From the NCBI GenBank assembly GCA_964446125.1, contig CAYUNK010000003.1:2886-66885 (forward strand): 64,000 nt of DNA, given 5' to 3'. Positions 9,355-19,863 of the stretch are shown in pieces. The first letter of the stretch is position 1. Every line of letters starts with the position of its first letter. The DNA is from an uncultured Nitrospiraceae bacterium. Its GTDB lineage: Bacteria; Nitrospirota; Thermodesulfovibrionia; Thermodesulfovibrionales; UBA6898. The notes under the pieces were generated by a model, which had not been told where the DNA came from, did no database searches, and saw only the letters and a list, made by a program, of their open reading frames with translations. The position numbers and the translations under genes were made by a program.

Positions 9355-11697
9355 CTACAACAAAGTGGAGAGCAGATTCTTCAATTCAGAAATCCTGTAT
9401 GGTTTTTTCAGATACCCATAAAAACCGAGCTCCATATATTTCGATATGGTGGCGTCATCTGAATAGCCGCTCGAAATAATGGTCTTCACCTGCGGGTCAA
9501 TCTCATGAAGCCTCTCATTTGCCTCAGTTCCACCCATGCCGCCGCGGATGGTCAGATCGAGAATCACCATATCAAACTTCTTTCCGTCGCTCATGGCCTT
9601 ACTATAGAGTGAGACTGCTTCTTCTCCATTTTTCGCGGTCACTGCCTCATGGCCTAAGGCCTTCAACATGTCGCAGGATATCCTGAGTATGATCTCCTCG
9701 TCATCCATAACAAGGATTCTGCCTTTTGCGTCGCTTGCGGCGGTCTCTGCAGCCGCCTGATCGGCTGCCGCTCCTTCCGCTGCCGCAGGCAGATATATGG
9801 AGAACGTCGTGCCTTTGCCGGGAACCGACGAGACATCTATGGTTCCGCCGTGATTTCTCATGATTGAATATGCTGTTGCAAGCCCGAGGCCGCTGCCTGT
9901 CTGCTTCGTAGAAAAATAGGGGTCGAATATCTTCCTCAGATGCTCTTCCGGGATGCCGCTGCCCGTATCCTCAATGGTTATCCTTACATACCTGCCCTCA
10001 GGCATATTGGGCAGGCTATTCATCACATTGCCTGTCGATATTGTAATGGTTCCGCCCTGCGGCATCGCGTCTCTGGCATTGATGATGATATTCTGAATCA
10101 CCTGCCCTACCTGCCCTGCATCAGCCTCCACATGCCACAGATCATCCTCACACAGAATGCGGTGGTCAGTCCGGGAGCCGCTAAGGCCCAGTCTTACAGC
10201 GTTCAAAATAACGGGTGTAAGCTCAATGATCTTCTTGACAGGCCTTCCTCCCTTCGAAAACGTCAGAAGCTGATTTGTGAGGTTTGTTGCAATGTCAAGG
10301 GATTGCTCTGCCTGACTGAGATAATCATAAGGCTTTCCATTTTTGTCCGAGTTAAGCTTTGCCATCGCAATAAAGCCGAATATTCCCTGAAGAAGATTGT
10401 TAAAATCGTGCGCTATGCCTCCGGCCAGCCTTCCGACAGCCTCCAGTTTCTGATTGTTCAGCATATATTCCTCTATCTGCCGTCTGTGGGTGATGTCCAT
10501 CCCAAGCGCTGTGATGCCTGAAATATTGCCTGCGTCATCCATCATCCTTGAACTCGTCCATGAAACAAGCAGCCTGCTGCCATGGCTTTCCATGATTTCA
10601 CCTGCGTACTCGGCCAGCAACTCTCCTGAAGTATTTTGGCTATGTATCCGCCGCATTGCCTCTTTCTGGGTTTCAGGAATGAATAAATCAAACCAGTTCT
10701 GACCGACTATATCCGCCAGATTCCTGTTCGTCAGATGCGCAAGATACTCGTTTGCGAAGATGATCCTGCCCTCAATGTCCAGCTGCAGGGCAATGAGATT
10801 TGCGCCTTCAAGCGTCTCCCTGAATCGCCTCTCCGACTCTTTCAGCGCTTCTTCAACCTGCCTGCGCTGGGCTACTTCCTGCTTCAATTCAACATTTGCT
10901 GACCAGAGGGCTTCCTCAGCCTTCCTCCTCTTAGCTATATCCTCCTCAAGCTGCAGATATCCATCCTTCAGCGCAGAACTCATTTCATTGAAATTGTGAG
11001 CCAACTCTCCAAATTCAGTTCTGTCCTTATAGGCAACGACATAATCAAGGTTGCCTGAGGCAATTGCCCTGGTCGCCTTAACCAAAACATCTATGGGCTG
11101 GAGTATGGATCTGGCAAGACGAAATGCCATCATCAGGGCAAATACAAAGGTCAGCAGGACTGTCATGATCAGGGCCGTTCTTACGATTCTGGCGCGCTCC
11201 AGGGCTTGCCCGGTCATGAGGGCAAGCCTCGCAGCCGCATTCTGTGACATATCTTCTGTTTCAGCAAGAATCCTGTTGCCGATCTCGGCAGCATTCAGCT
11301 GCAGCCTATTGATCTTTTCCCTGTCTGCAGAGGCGGTAATATAGTAACTCAGGGCATCCTGATAATCCGATATGTCCTTCTGCATATCCTCAAGCCGCTT
11401 GACAACTTCAGGCTTATGGTGGCAGCCTGAACATCTGGCAGCATTTTCCCTGAGTAGACTGACATGGTCTATGATGCTGTCTATTTTGGTTCCAAGCGGT
11501 GTTCCGACAGCATACAGGTCAGACTGAACCGTCTTGATTGAGGCAATGAGATGCTGCCTCATATCATTCACCTGATGCATTCCGAGGAGATTTTCGAGCG
11601 CAGAAGTCGTACTCTGTATATAGATCATTGAAAATACGATTCCGACGGTAAAACAGAAAAAAAGAACCAGCAGGGAAATAACTATCTTCTTCTTCAC
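9355..11697 (-). CDS. Hybrid sensor histidine kinase with the same CxxCHH sensor domain, HAMP, PAS, HisKA, HATPase and REC
   Basis: 780 aa with a GTG start. CSGCHH sits at the same residues (89-94) as in the 963-aa protein. Contains GGIAHDFNNLL, DTGSGI, GSGLGL and receiver VILDLTIRGGMGG. Confidence 0.9.
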   Translation of the reverse strand: MKKKIVISLLVLFFCFTVGIVFSMIYIQSTTSALENLLGMHQVNDMRQHLIASIKTVQSDLYAVGTPLGTKIDSIIDHVSLLRENAARCSGCHHKPEVVKRLEDMQKDISDYQDALSYYITASADREKINRLQLNAAEIGNRILAETEDMSQNAAARLALMTGQALERARIVRTALIMTVLLTFVFALMMAFRLARSILQPIDVLVKATRAIASGNLDYVVAYKDRTEFGELAHNFNEMSSALKDGYLQLEEDIAKRRKAEEALWSANVELKQEVAQRRQVEEALKESERRFRETLEGANLIALQLDIEGRIIFANEYLAHLTNRNLADIVGQNWFDLFIPETQKEAMRRIHSQNTSGELLAEYAGEIMESHGSRLLVSWTSSRMMDDAGNISGITALGMDITHRRQIEEYMLNNQKLEAVGRLAGGIAHDFNNLLQGIFGFIAMAKLNSDKNGKPYDYLSQAEQSLDIATNLTNQLLTFSKGGRPVKKIIELTPVILNAVRLGLSGSRTDHRILCEDDLWHVEADAGQVGQVIQNIIINARDAMPQGGTITISTGNVMNSLPNMPEGRYVRITIEDTGSGIPEEHLRKIFDPYFSTKQTGSGLGLATAYSIMRNHGGTIDVSSVPGKGTTFSIYLPAAAEGAAADQAAAETAASDAKGRILVMDDEEIILRISCDMLKALGHEAVTAKNGEEAVSLYSKAMSDGKKFDMVILDLTIRGGMGGTEANERLHEIDPQVKTIISSGYSDDATISKYMELGFYGYLKKPYRISELKNLLSTLL

Positions 11698-11749
11698 AGG
11701 CTAGGGTTCACCCATGACAGCGCATCCATCTCTGAGTGCAGCATGATTC

Positions 11750-12646
11750 TTATTCATTACGCCATTTATACCTCTTAAGATCAATGCCTGCCTTGTTGGC
11801 CAGTTTATGCACTGCCTCGTAATCCCTCGTGTCTGTTTCTATAAACTTCAGCGCGCCAAACTTTCTGAGCACAGCCTGGCCTTCAGGGTCGTCATGAATA
11901 TTCAGAAGCGCATCCCTCAGCCTCTTCCTGGTGTCATTGTCGAGGTCCTTTCGCACGCAAAGGGCATTGGACGGCACAGGCGGCGATTGGGCAATAATGA
12001 GCAGTTCCTTCTCTATCCTGCTGTTTTCTTTCTTCAGCCCGTCGAAGACACTGTGTTTGGCAGCGCCGATATCAGCCCTCCCCTTCAGCACTGCATCTAT
12101 TACGGCATCGTGGCTGCCGGCAAAAAAGTATTCACTGAAGAAATCCTCAGGAGAGGCAATGCCCTTTTCCCGCAGATACGCAAGGGGAAAGACATATCCG
12201 GCTGTTGTTGCCCTCTCGACAAAGGCCATTTTTTTGCCCTTCATATCTCCGACATTCTTTATGTTACTATCCTTCCTGACAAAGATATATCCGTTGTACG
12301 TTGACGTATTGTCGGGATTCACCGGCCGGGCAAGAGGGACTACCCCAAGTCTGTTTATTGCAACAGCGCCGGTAAAAGAGCCGAAAAAGGCGCCATCCAT
12401 CTTTTCTTCCTCAAACCTCTCTAGGATATTGCCGTATCTGCTGAGCACCGTGAAGCTGATATCAATGCCTGCTTTTTTCGAAAGATATTCTCCAAGCGGC
12501 TTAAAGCGCTCTTTCTGCTTGAATATATTCATTTCAGGTATGAGCCCGATCAGGAGTTGCCTCTGCGCCGCCTCAACAGATACGGCGCTCAGCAATAATC
12601 CCGACAGAATCAGCAGCGCTATAACAGAGACAGATCTTCTATTCAT
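11750..12646 (-). CDS. PhnD-like periplasmic substrate-binding protein
   Basis: Signal peptide, then YNGYIFVRKDSNI..MKGKKMAFVERATTAGY, typical of phosphonate/phosphite-type SBPs. Lies 52 nt upstream of the kinase gene. Confidence 0.8.
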   Translation of the reverse strand: MNRRSVSVIALLILSGLLLSAVSVEAAQRQLLIGLIPEMNIFKQKERFKPLGEYLSKKAGIDISFTVLSRYGNILERFEEEKMDGAFFGSFTGAVAINRLGVVPLARPVNPDNTSTYNGYIFVRKDSNIKNVGDMKGKKMAFVERATTAGYVFPLAYLREKGIASPEDFFSEYFFAGSHDAVIDAVLKGRADIGAAKHSVFDGLKKENSRIEKELLIIAQSPPVPSNALCVRKDLDNDTRKRLRDALLNIHDDPEGQAVLRKFGALKFIETDTRDYEAVHKLANKAGIDLKRYKWRNE

Positions 12647-12863
12647 GATGACTCCCCTTCTGATCCGAAGATTTGGCTACTCCAACTGTTATATATTCTG
12701 CCTTTCACCCCATTCATGTCAATAAATAAGCGGCGCCGGGCAGAAGCAAAGGACATAGGCGCCTTATAGAGTGCAGTCCGGTGATTTCAATAAGTCGCGG
12801 CTGCCGGTCAGGGCCTGGGATGACAAATGCAGGGGTTATGCAGATAAACAGGCGGCGTTGTTG

Positions 12864-13517
12864 TTACTGTATCCTGCCGTCTTTGATCGTGATTATCCGG
12901 TCGGCACGCTGAGCCAGCGCCGTATTATGAGTCACCATCACAACCGTGTATGCCTTTTGGTGAAGCGACTTCAGGAGTTCGAAGATCTTTTCGCTGTTTT
13001 CCGAGTCGAGATTTCCTGTCGGCTCATCAGCAAGCACCACTTCAGGGTCATTCACCAGGGCGCGGGCAATGGCAACACGCTGCATCTCGCCGCCGCTCAA
13101 CTGATTCGGAAAATGCTCCAGCCTGCTTCCAAGACCGACCATATCTATCAGGGCCTTAACCCTTTCACTGGCTGCCTTTTCTTTACTGAAGACCTTAGGA
13201 AGCGTCACATTCTCATACACAGAGAGACCCGGCATGAGATAAAACTGCTGAAACACAAAACCTATCTTCTTCCGCCGTATCGCATCGAGCGCATACTCAG
13301 ACATATGTTCCACGTTAATACTGTCGAACTTCATGCTGCCCCTGGTCGGCCTGTCAAGGCAGCCCAGGATATGCAGAAGCGATGATTTGCCGGCGCCGGA
13401 CGGCCCGACTATCGAGATGAACTCGCCCTTTTCTATCTCCATACTGACGCCCTTTAAGGCATGGAGTTCTTCAGAGCCTCTCCGGTAGACCTTCTCTATA
13501 TCCCTAAGCTCTATCAT
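12864..13517 (-). CDS. ABC transporter ATP-binding protein (MacB/LolD-type)
   Basis: Walker [10 protein letters not shown], signature [15 protein letters not shown], Walker [13 protein letters not shown]. Confidence 0.9.
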   Translation of the reverse strand: MIELRDIEKVYRRGSEELHALKGVSMEIEKGEFISIVGPSGAGKSSLLHILGCLDRPTRGSMKFDSINVEHMSEYALDAIRRKKIGFVFQQFYLMPGLSVYENVTLPKVFSKEKAASERVKALIDMVGLGSRLEHFPNQLSGGEMQRVAIARALVNDPEVVLADEPTGNLDSENSEKIFELLKSLHQKAYTVVMVTHNTALAQRADRIITIKDGRIQ

Positions 13518-14677
13518 CCCTTTATAGCCTCAATAGGATGTATTTTTGACGCCTTCCAGGCAGGGTAAAGACCGGAAAGAACGCCGACAATAAGCGCAAA
13601 GCCGAGGCTTGCAACAGCGATGCCAGCGTCCAAGCCTGACATATTGCCTGCAGGAACATACGGCATCACCCTGCGCACAAAGACCTCTATCAGATCATTT
13701 CCGGCAACAGAGACGAGGATTCCTGCAAGGCCGCCGCCAAGGCTCAGAAGCAAGCCCTCCTTCATGATGATCCTGAAGATATCGGCACGGGATGCCCCTA
13801 TTGCCCGCATCATTCCGATCTCCTGTGTCCTCTCAAATACCGCCATCAGCATCGCATTCATCACGCCGACCGCGCTCACAATAATCGCGATGATCGCAAT
13901 CGAGAGGCTGAGAACCTTTGCAGAGGCTGCAAGAGTTGAGATGCTGCTCATCACCTGGTTCATTGTCACTATCTGTATGCCCGGCACCTGCTCTGCAAGT
14001 TCATCCGTAATAACTGTCATCATGGCAGGGTCTTTCACCTTTACGCCTATGGCTGTTGCGCCTGAGGGCTTCTTGAAGATTGCCTGAGCAGCAGCAACCG
14101 GCATATAGATGAATGCATCGTCCTGACTGCTCGTCTTTTTCAGGATGCCTGCCACCGTAAATGTCTTGTTAATATTCTTATACTCAATACGGTCGCCCAC
14201 CTTCAGCCCCTGATGGCCGGCTATTTCTGAGCCGACAATGATCTCATGCTCGTCCTTCGGGATTGTTCCCTCGAGCTCCCAATGCGGCTTCAACTGAGCC
14301 ACCCTTGACATCTCAAGGCCGTACACAAGATCCACCCTGCCGCCGGCAGGATTCGGCAGCTGGCCAACAAGTATTGGCGACGCAAAATCTATTCCCTGAC
14401 GTTCATAAATACTGGACATGACAGACATGTCAATGAACTTCGGGATGACAGAGCCATGAAGCACGAGCGATGCCACCTCATGGGCGCAGCCTGAAGGCAC
14501 GACCATGAAATGGATGCCTGTGCGCTCAAGCTCCTTTGCGAGCCCTTTTTCAAAGCCCCTGTTGAACGACAGGATCGAAAAGAGCACTGCAACTGAGGTG
14601 GCAATGCCGAATAGCGCCAGGATGCTTCTCGTCCTGTGGCGCTTCAGATTCTTGAGTGCGATCCTGAGAAAGATCAT
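13514..14677 (-). CDS. ABC transporter permease, FtsX/MacB family
   Basis: 387 aa. N-terminal TM, large extracytoplasmic loop and three C-terminal TMs. 4-nt overlap with the ATPase gene. Confidence 0.85.
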   Translation of the reverse strand: MIFLRIALKNLKRHRTRSILALFGIATSVAVLFSILSFNRGFEKGLAKELERTGIHFMVVPSGCAHEVASLVLHGSVIPKFIDMSVMSSIYERQGIDFASPILVGQLPNPAGGRVDLVYGLEMSRVAQLKPHWELEGTIPKDEHEIIVGSEIAGHQGLKVGDRIEYKNINKTFTVAGILKKTSSQDDAFIYMPVAAAQAIFKKPSGATAIGVKVKDPAMMTVITDELAEQVPGIQIVTMNQVMSSISTLAASAKVLSLSIAIIAIIVSAVGVMNAMLMAVFERTQEIGMMRAIGASRADIFRIIMKEGLLLSLGGGLAGILVSVAGNDLIEVFVRRVMPYVPAGNMSGLDAGIAVASLGFALIVGVLSGLYPAWKASKIHPIEAIKG

Positions 14678-15048
14678 TACCTGACCTCAACGCCCTCTGC
14701 TATTACCTGCAACTGCCCCTGAACAGGATATACTGTTCCGGTCACCTTTGCGCCCTTGTTCATCCGGGGCGGCATCGTCATATTATTGGGGGCGAGATTG
14801 ACAAAAATCTGGCCTGTCTCGTCCTGAAGAACAAACCAGCAGCCATTGGAGCCGCACTGGGAGGAAATGTTGCCGGTCAGGGTAACCTTCTTCCCGACAA
14901 CGCTGCTGTCGAGGAATATATCCTTAACCTTCACAACAGAAACGCTCTTGTCCACTCCTGTTCCGTATTTCTCTGCTGAACAGCCCAAGAGAGCTATCGC
15001 ACCTATAAGAGCCAATATCGTTAACATAACCGCAGACTTCTTGTTCAT
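14677..15048 (-). CDS. Small lipoprotein, OB-fold/DUF4920-like (tentative)
   Basis: Lipobox ALLGCS. The CGSNGCWFVLQDETGQIFV motif resembles DUF4920 from memory. First gene of the ABC operon. Confidence 0.6.
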   Translation of the reverse strand: MNKKSAVMLTILALIGAIALLGCSAEKYGTGVDKSVSVVKVKDIFLDSSVVGKKVTLTGNISSQCGSNGCWFVLQDETGQIFVNLAPNNMTMPPRMNKGAKVTGTVYPVQGQLQVIAEGVEVR

Positions 15049-15227
15049 TATCTCACCTCTTAATGATCCGCTTTCGTATGTATTTAATCAGCAACTAATG
15101 AAGAAATTATGAATATGCCCGGAAAAGCTTCCTTTCGGCCAGACCGATCCTAAGGATATATTTGCATTCTTCATGGCTTATATAATTAAATAAATACTTA
15201 AAGAATACAACATTAAGGAGCATAACC

Positions 15228-16571
15228 ATGGAAGCTGTACTAAAGAAGGTGCAGGAGCTTGCCCTGCTTCATGACAAACTTGACCCCAAGACAATCAAGG
15301 AAAAAAATATAAAACTTGGGCTCAGAAACGAAGACGGCACAGGCGTATTTGTAGGCATCACCAGCAAAGGACAGGTTATCGGATATGAGAAGGTAGACCG
15401 TGGCGACGGCATAGGAACGGTCAATCCGGTTCCGGGAAAGCTCTACTACTGCGGATATGATGTGGATGATCTCGTCAGAGAAAAAGAGAAAGAAGGCAGG
15501 TTCGGTTTTGAAGAGACGATATATCTGCTTTTGACAGGTGAACTGCCGGACAGGAAGGATCTAAAGGCCTTCTCCCAGCTTCTTGAGAAGAAGCGTCCGC
15601 TTCCTGATGCAGTAAAACAGATGATCCTCAACAGGCCTCATAATGATGATCAGATGGGATCCCTGCATACCATTGTCTCTGCCATGCATCTGTTTGACAA
15701 ACATCCGAATTCAACAGACATGAACGATGTGACACGCCAATGCATTGATCTTGTAGCGAAATTTCCTACCATCATCGCATATAACCATATAGCAGCGACC
15801 ATGGGCAAGAAAGCGCTTTCGAGACTGAAAGAACCTCTTCCAAATACAGGCGTCGCTGAACATTTCCTGTACCTGCTAAAGGGAGAAATGCCACAGAGGG
15901 CAACAGCAGAACTCTTTGACACCATGCTGATCTTCCATGCAGAGCACGGCGGCGGCAATAACTCCACCTTTACAACTCGCTGCGTCTCGTCCTCAGGCGC
16001 AAATACGTACATGGCTATCTGTGCAGGCATAGGCTCGCTCTCAGGCCACCTCCATGGAGGCGCCAATGAGGCGGTCATCCGCATGATGAAGGATATCAAG
16101 GGCAAGGTAAAGGACTGGGAGGACGATGATGAACTGGGCGCATATCTGGGGCTGATCCTCGATAAAAAGGCAGGCGACAAGTCAGGCAAGATATACGGCC
16201 TCGGCCATGCCGTATACACAGTGTCTGATCCGCGCGCTGTATATCTAATGCAGCGGGCCGGGGAACTGGCCGCCTCTGCAAACCGTGAAAAGGAGTTCGA
16301 ACTTTATAAACGGATAGCCAGGATCGCGCCTGCCATTGTGAAGAGCAAAAAAGGCAAGGTTGTATGCACAAATGTTGATTTCTATTCCGGCTTTGTATAT
16401 AAATGCATGGGCATACCCATGGAGCTGTTCACCCCGATCTTTGCTATGGCCCGCGTAGCCGGCTGGACAGCGCACCGCATAGAAGAACTCGTGCAGGGAA
16501 AGATCATCAGGCCCTCTTTTGTCACATCCTTAAAGAGCAGGAAGAACTATGTTCCGCTCATAAAGCGTTGA
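15228..16571 (+). CDS. Citrate synthase family protein
   Basis: 447 aa. FHAEHGGGNNSTF and GLGHAVYTVSDPR catalytic His motifs. AAGGAG RBS. Confidence 0.9.
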   Translation: MEAVLKKVQELALLHDKLDPKTIKEKNIKLGLRNEDGTGVFVGITSKGQVIGYEKVDRGDGIGTVNPVPGKLYYCGYDVDDLVREKEKEGRFGFEETIYLLLTGELPDRKDLKAFSQLLEKKRPLPDAVKQMILNRPHNDDQMGSLHTIVSAMHLFDKHPNSTDMNDVTRQCIDLVAKFPTIIAYNHIAATMGKKALSRLKEPLPNTGVAEHFLYLLKGEMPQRATAELFDTMLIFHAEHGGGNNSTFTTRCVSSSGANTYMAICAGIGSLSGHLHGGANEAVIRMMKDIKGKVKDWEDDDELGAYLGLILDKKAGDKSGKIYGLGHAVYTVSDPRAVYLMQRAGELAASANREKEFELYKRIARIAPAIVKSKKGKVVCTNVDFYSGFVYKCMGIPMELFTPIFAMARVAGWTAHRIEELVQGKIIRPSFVTSLKSRKNYVPLIKR

Positions 16572-16618
16572 TTTAACAAGCCGTTATCAGTTAAGATTTT
16601 GCCTGCATTTTGCATAAC

Positions 16619-16709
16619 GGAGAGGTGGCCGAGCGGCTGAAGGCGCACGACTGGAAATCGTGTGTGCGCTAATCACGCACCCAGGGTTCAAATCCCTGCC
16701 TCTCCGCCA
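16619..16709 (+). tRNA. tRNA-Ser (anticodon GGA), CCA encoded
   Basis: Acceptor GGAGAGG/CCTCTCC, anticodon stem CACGA/TCGTG with loop CTGGAAA, long variable arm, T-arm CAGGG-TTCAAAT-CCCTG, 3' GCCA. Confidence 0.9.
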
Positions 16710-16762
16710 TTTCTTTACTTGTCATGTTATCGGGCGGTTCATCAGTCCGCCTGTCACAACTC

Positions 16763-16771
16763 TGCTATAAT
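16763..16771 (+). promoter_or_regulatory. Extended -10 promoter element TGCTATAAT upstream of the adaptor/ABC operon
   Basis: TGnTATAAT lies 38 nt upstream of the ATG at 16809. No convincing -35. Confidence 0.4.
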
Positions 16772-16808
16772 GATACATCTGCTTTTGAAATGCGAGGTGC
16801 TCTGAGAT

Positions 16809-18026
16809 ATGGCTGAAGACGACCTTTCGAGGCTCACAATAGATAAGACCCACGGCAGAAAGTCGTCAACAGGCAGAAGACGCTGGATGGTCAATGCTGC
16901 GCTGATAGCCATGGCAGTTGTGATCGGATTTCTTATTCTGAAGAAGTTCCTCTCCCCTACGGTAACGGTCGAAGCAACTACGGTTTCCCTTGTCTATCCG
17001 TCCCAGTCATTTACGCTCCTGAATGCAAGCGGTTATGTCGCTGCCCAGCGAAAGGCAGCAGTCGCCTCCAAGGTAACCGGCAGGATAATAGCCATGCTGG
17101 TCGAGGAGGGAAACAGGATAAAAAAAGGCGACCTCATAGCGCGGCTCGAAAGCGATGATCTGCTTGCAGCCAGGGAGCGCGCCTTCGCTGAACTGGGGGC
17201 ATTGCGGGCAGACCTTGATCAGGCAGAATCTGAAATGAAGGACGCAGCATCGAACCACCGTCGAGGCAGGCAACTGCTCGAACAGGGTTTCATCTCACGC
17301 CTTGACTACGATGCTGCCGAGACCCGTTACGGAAAGGCTGCTGCTATTGTTACGGCTGCGAAGTCCTCGATCAAGGCAGGCGAAGCTGCCCTGAGGCAGG
17401 CAGAGATAAACTATGAATACTCCTTCATCCGCGCCCCTTTTGATGCGGTAGTGCTCACAAAGAATGCCGACATAGGCGATATCGTCACCCCCCTTGGGGC
17501 CGCGGCAAATGCCAAGGCATCTGTTGTGACCATAGCAGATCTTTCCTCCCTTCAGGTAGAGGTGGATGTGTCTGAGTCGAGCATTTCACAGGTCACGATC
17601 GGCCGGCCCTGCGAGATACAGCTTGACGCCATCCCTGACTCCCGCTTCCGGGGTGAGGTGCATATGATCGTGCCTACGGCAGACCGCACCAAGGCCACGA
17701 TCATGGTCAAGATAGCCTTCATTGACAAGGATGTGAGAATACTGCCCGAGATGAGCGCAAAAGTTGCCTTCCTCGAAAGAAAGGCAGACGAAGATGAGCT
17801 GAGACCGCGCATTGCCGTTCCGCAGGATGCCCTGGTCATGCGCAACAACAGATCATACCTCTATCTGATCAATCAGGGCCGGGCGATAGAGACAGAGGTC
17901 TCCTCGGGTGACATAATGGGCGATATGATCGGGATCACCTCCGGCCTGAAGGCCGGGCAACGGATTGTACGCAGACCCACAGACAGGATCAGGGATAATG
18001 TCAAAGTCACTGTTTCAGAGAAGTAG
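16809..18026 (+). CDS. Efflux periplasmic adaptor subunit (HlyD/MacA family)
   Basis: 405 aa. N-terminal TM, alpha-hairpin coiled coil and beta-barrel regions. Abuts the ABC ATPase gene. Confidence 0.85.
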   Translation: MAEDDLSRLTIDKTHGRKSSTGRRRWMVNAALIAMAVVIGFLILKKFLSPTVTVEATTVSLVYPSQSFTLLNASGYVAAQRKAAVASKVTGRIIAMLVEEGNRIKKGDLIARLESDDLLAARERAFAELGALRADLDQAESEMKDAASNHRRGRQLLEQGFISRLDYDAAETRYGKAAAIVTAAKSSIKAGEAALRQAEINYEYSFIRAPFDAVVLTKNADIGDIVTPLGAAANAKASVVTIADLSSLQVEVDVSESSISQVTIGRPCEIQLDAIPDSRFRGEVHMIVPTADRTKATIMVKIAFIDKDVRILPEMSAKVAFLERKADEDELRPRIAVPQDALVMRNNRSYLYLINQGRAIETEVSSGDIMGDMIGITSGLKAGQRIVRRPTDRIRDNVKVTVSEK

Positions 18027-18731
18027 ATGCAGGTCCCGCCTGCCTTAGTCAGGATCAGCGGCATCTCAAAGTCCTATCAGCGGGGAGACCAGATTCTCCC
18101 GGTGCTGCAGGACCTGACCCTTTCTATTGCAGAGGGAGAGTTCCTGGCGCTCATGGGACCCTCCGGCTCAGGCAAGTCAACCCTCCTTAACCTCATAGCA
18201 GGCATTGACAAGGCGGATGCAGGTTCGATAACCATTGCAGGCACAGACATAACAGCGCTCTCCGAGACCGCACTTGCCGGCTGGAGAAGTGCGAATGTCG
18301 GCTTCATATTCCAGTTCTATAATCTCATCCCTGTGCTTAGCGCCCTTGAGAATGTTGAGCTTCCCCTTCTGCTTACCGGTCTGACGCGAAAAGAGAGAAG
18401 GGAGCATGCAGAACTTGCCCTGCAGGCCGTGAACCTGAGCGACCGCATGGACCATAAGCCGTCGCAGCTCTCGGGCGGCCAGCAGCAGCGCGTCGCCATA
18501 GCAAGGGCTGTCGTGACCGATCCGCTGATGCTTGTTGCGGACGAGCCGACCGGAGACCTTGACCGAGTCTCGGCAAGGGAGATCCTCGATCTTGTCTGCA
18601 GGCTGAATGCCGACCTGGGCAAGACGATCATCATGGTGACCCATGATCCCCGCGCTGCCGAACGCGCCCATCTGATCAAACATCTCGACAAGGGTATCCT
18701 GAACAATGTTGCTGATCAGGCTTCTCTTTAA
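18027..18731 (+). CDS. ABC transporter ATP-binding protein (MacB-type)
   Basis: [34 protein letters not shown]. Confidence 0.9.
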   Translation: MQVPPALVRISGISKSYQRGDQILPVLQDLTLSIAEGEFLALMGPSGSGKSTLLNLIAGIDKADAGSITIAGTDITALSETALAGWRSANVGFIFQFYNLIPVLSALENVELPLLLTGLTRKERREHAELALQAVNLSDRMDHKPSQLSGGQQQRVAIARAVVTDPLMLVADEPTGDLDRVSAREILDLVCRLNADLGKTIIMVTHDPRAAERAHLIKHLDKGILNNVADQASL

Positions 18732-19863
18732 AAGCGCCTTCCGCCACAGACTCCGCACCATTCTGACTGTGCTCGGAATCACGATTGCGATACTTTCCTT
18801 TGGGCTGCTCCGGACGATCATATCTGCCTGGTATGCCGGTGTTGAGGCCTCCTCAGCGAGCCGTCTGATCACAAGAAATGCCATATCACTCGTCTTTATG
18901 CTCCCTTCCTCATACAAGGACAGAATACGCCAGATCGAAGGGGTGATGAAGGTCTCCTGGGGCAACTGGTTCGGCGGCATATATATCACTGAAAAAAACT
19001 TCTTCCCCAATTTTGCGGTTGATCCAAAATCGTATCTCGAACTCTATCCTGAATACCTGCTCAGTCCTGAGCAGAAGAAGGCCTTTATCCTTGACCGCAA
19101 GGCATGCATCGCAGGAAGGCTTACTGCAGAGAAATACGGATGGAAGATCGGCGATACCATAACGCTCAAAGGCACCATCTTCCCCGGCAACTGGGATTTT
19201 GTACTGAGAGGTATCTATCATGGACGGGACAAGAGCACGGATGAATCCCAGTTCTTCTTCAACTGGCAGTACCTCAATGAATCCCTCAGAAAGACAAGCC
19301 CGGCCATAGCCGAGCAGATCGGGTTCTTTGTTATCGGTGTTAAAGATGCAGACAATGCAGCTGAAGTGGCCGAAGCCATAGACCGTTCATTCAAAAACTC
19401 CGTGACCGAGACGATCACCGAGACGGAGAGGGCCTTTCAGATGGGCTTTGTGGCGATGACCGAGGCGATCGTTATCGCCATACAGCTTGTCTCATTCGTC
19501 GTGATCGCGATCATCATGGCAGTAGTCGCAAATACCATGGCCATGTCGGTTCGCGAACGTACAAGTGAATATGTGGTCCTAAGAACCCTTGGATTCCGCT
19601 CCTGGCATCTCATAGGGCTTATATTCGGGGAGTCCCTCGTAATAACCATGACCGGCTGCGCCTTGGGAGTGGCTGCAACATTTCCGGCGGCCCGGGCCTT
19701 TGGAGAGGCCATGAGCACATTTCTGCCGGTCTTTAATGTTTCGGCAAGAACCCTGTACCTCGACCTTTTAGTCTCTTTACTGGTTGCCGTAATTGCGGCG
19801 GTGATCCCGACGATCCGTGTCTCGAGGATCAAGATAGCCGAAGGCCTGAGGAAGATCGGCTGA
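18706..19863 (+). CDS. ABC transporter permease, FtsX/MacB family
   Basis: 385 aa with 1+3 TM topology and a large loop. Confidence 0.85.
   Translation: MLLIRLLFKSAFRHRLRTILTVLGITIAILSFGLLRTIISAWYAGVEASSASRLITRNAISLVFMLPSSYKDRIRQIEGVMKVSWGNWFGGIYITEKNFFPNFAVDPKSYLELYPEYLLSPEQKKAFILDRKACIAGRLTAEKYGWKIGDTITLKGTIFPGNWDFVLRGIYHGRDKSTDESQFFFNWQYLNESLRKTSPAIAEQIGFFVIGVKDADNAAEVAEAIDRSFKNSVTETITETERAFQMGFVAMTEAIVIAIQLVSFVVIAIIMAVVANTMAMSVRERTSEYVVLRTLGFRSWHLIGLIFGESLVITMTGCALGVAATFPAARAFGEAMSTFLPVFNVSARTLYLDLLVSLLVAVIAAVIPTIRVSRIKIAEGLRKIG

Noticed and set aside
16572-16808. tRNA-Ser as a possible integration hotspot for a genomic island.
   Set aside because: There is no integrase, no duplicated tRNA 3' end, and no compositional break in the downstream adaptor/ABC operon.
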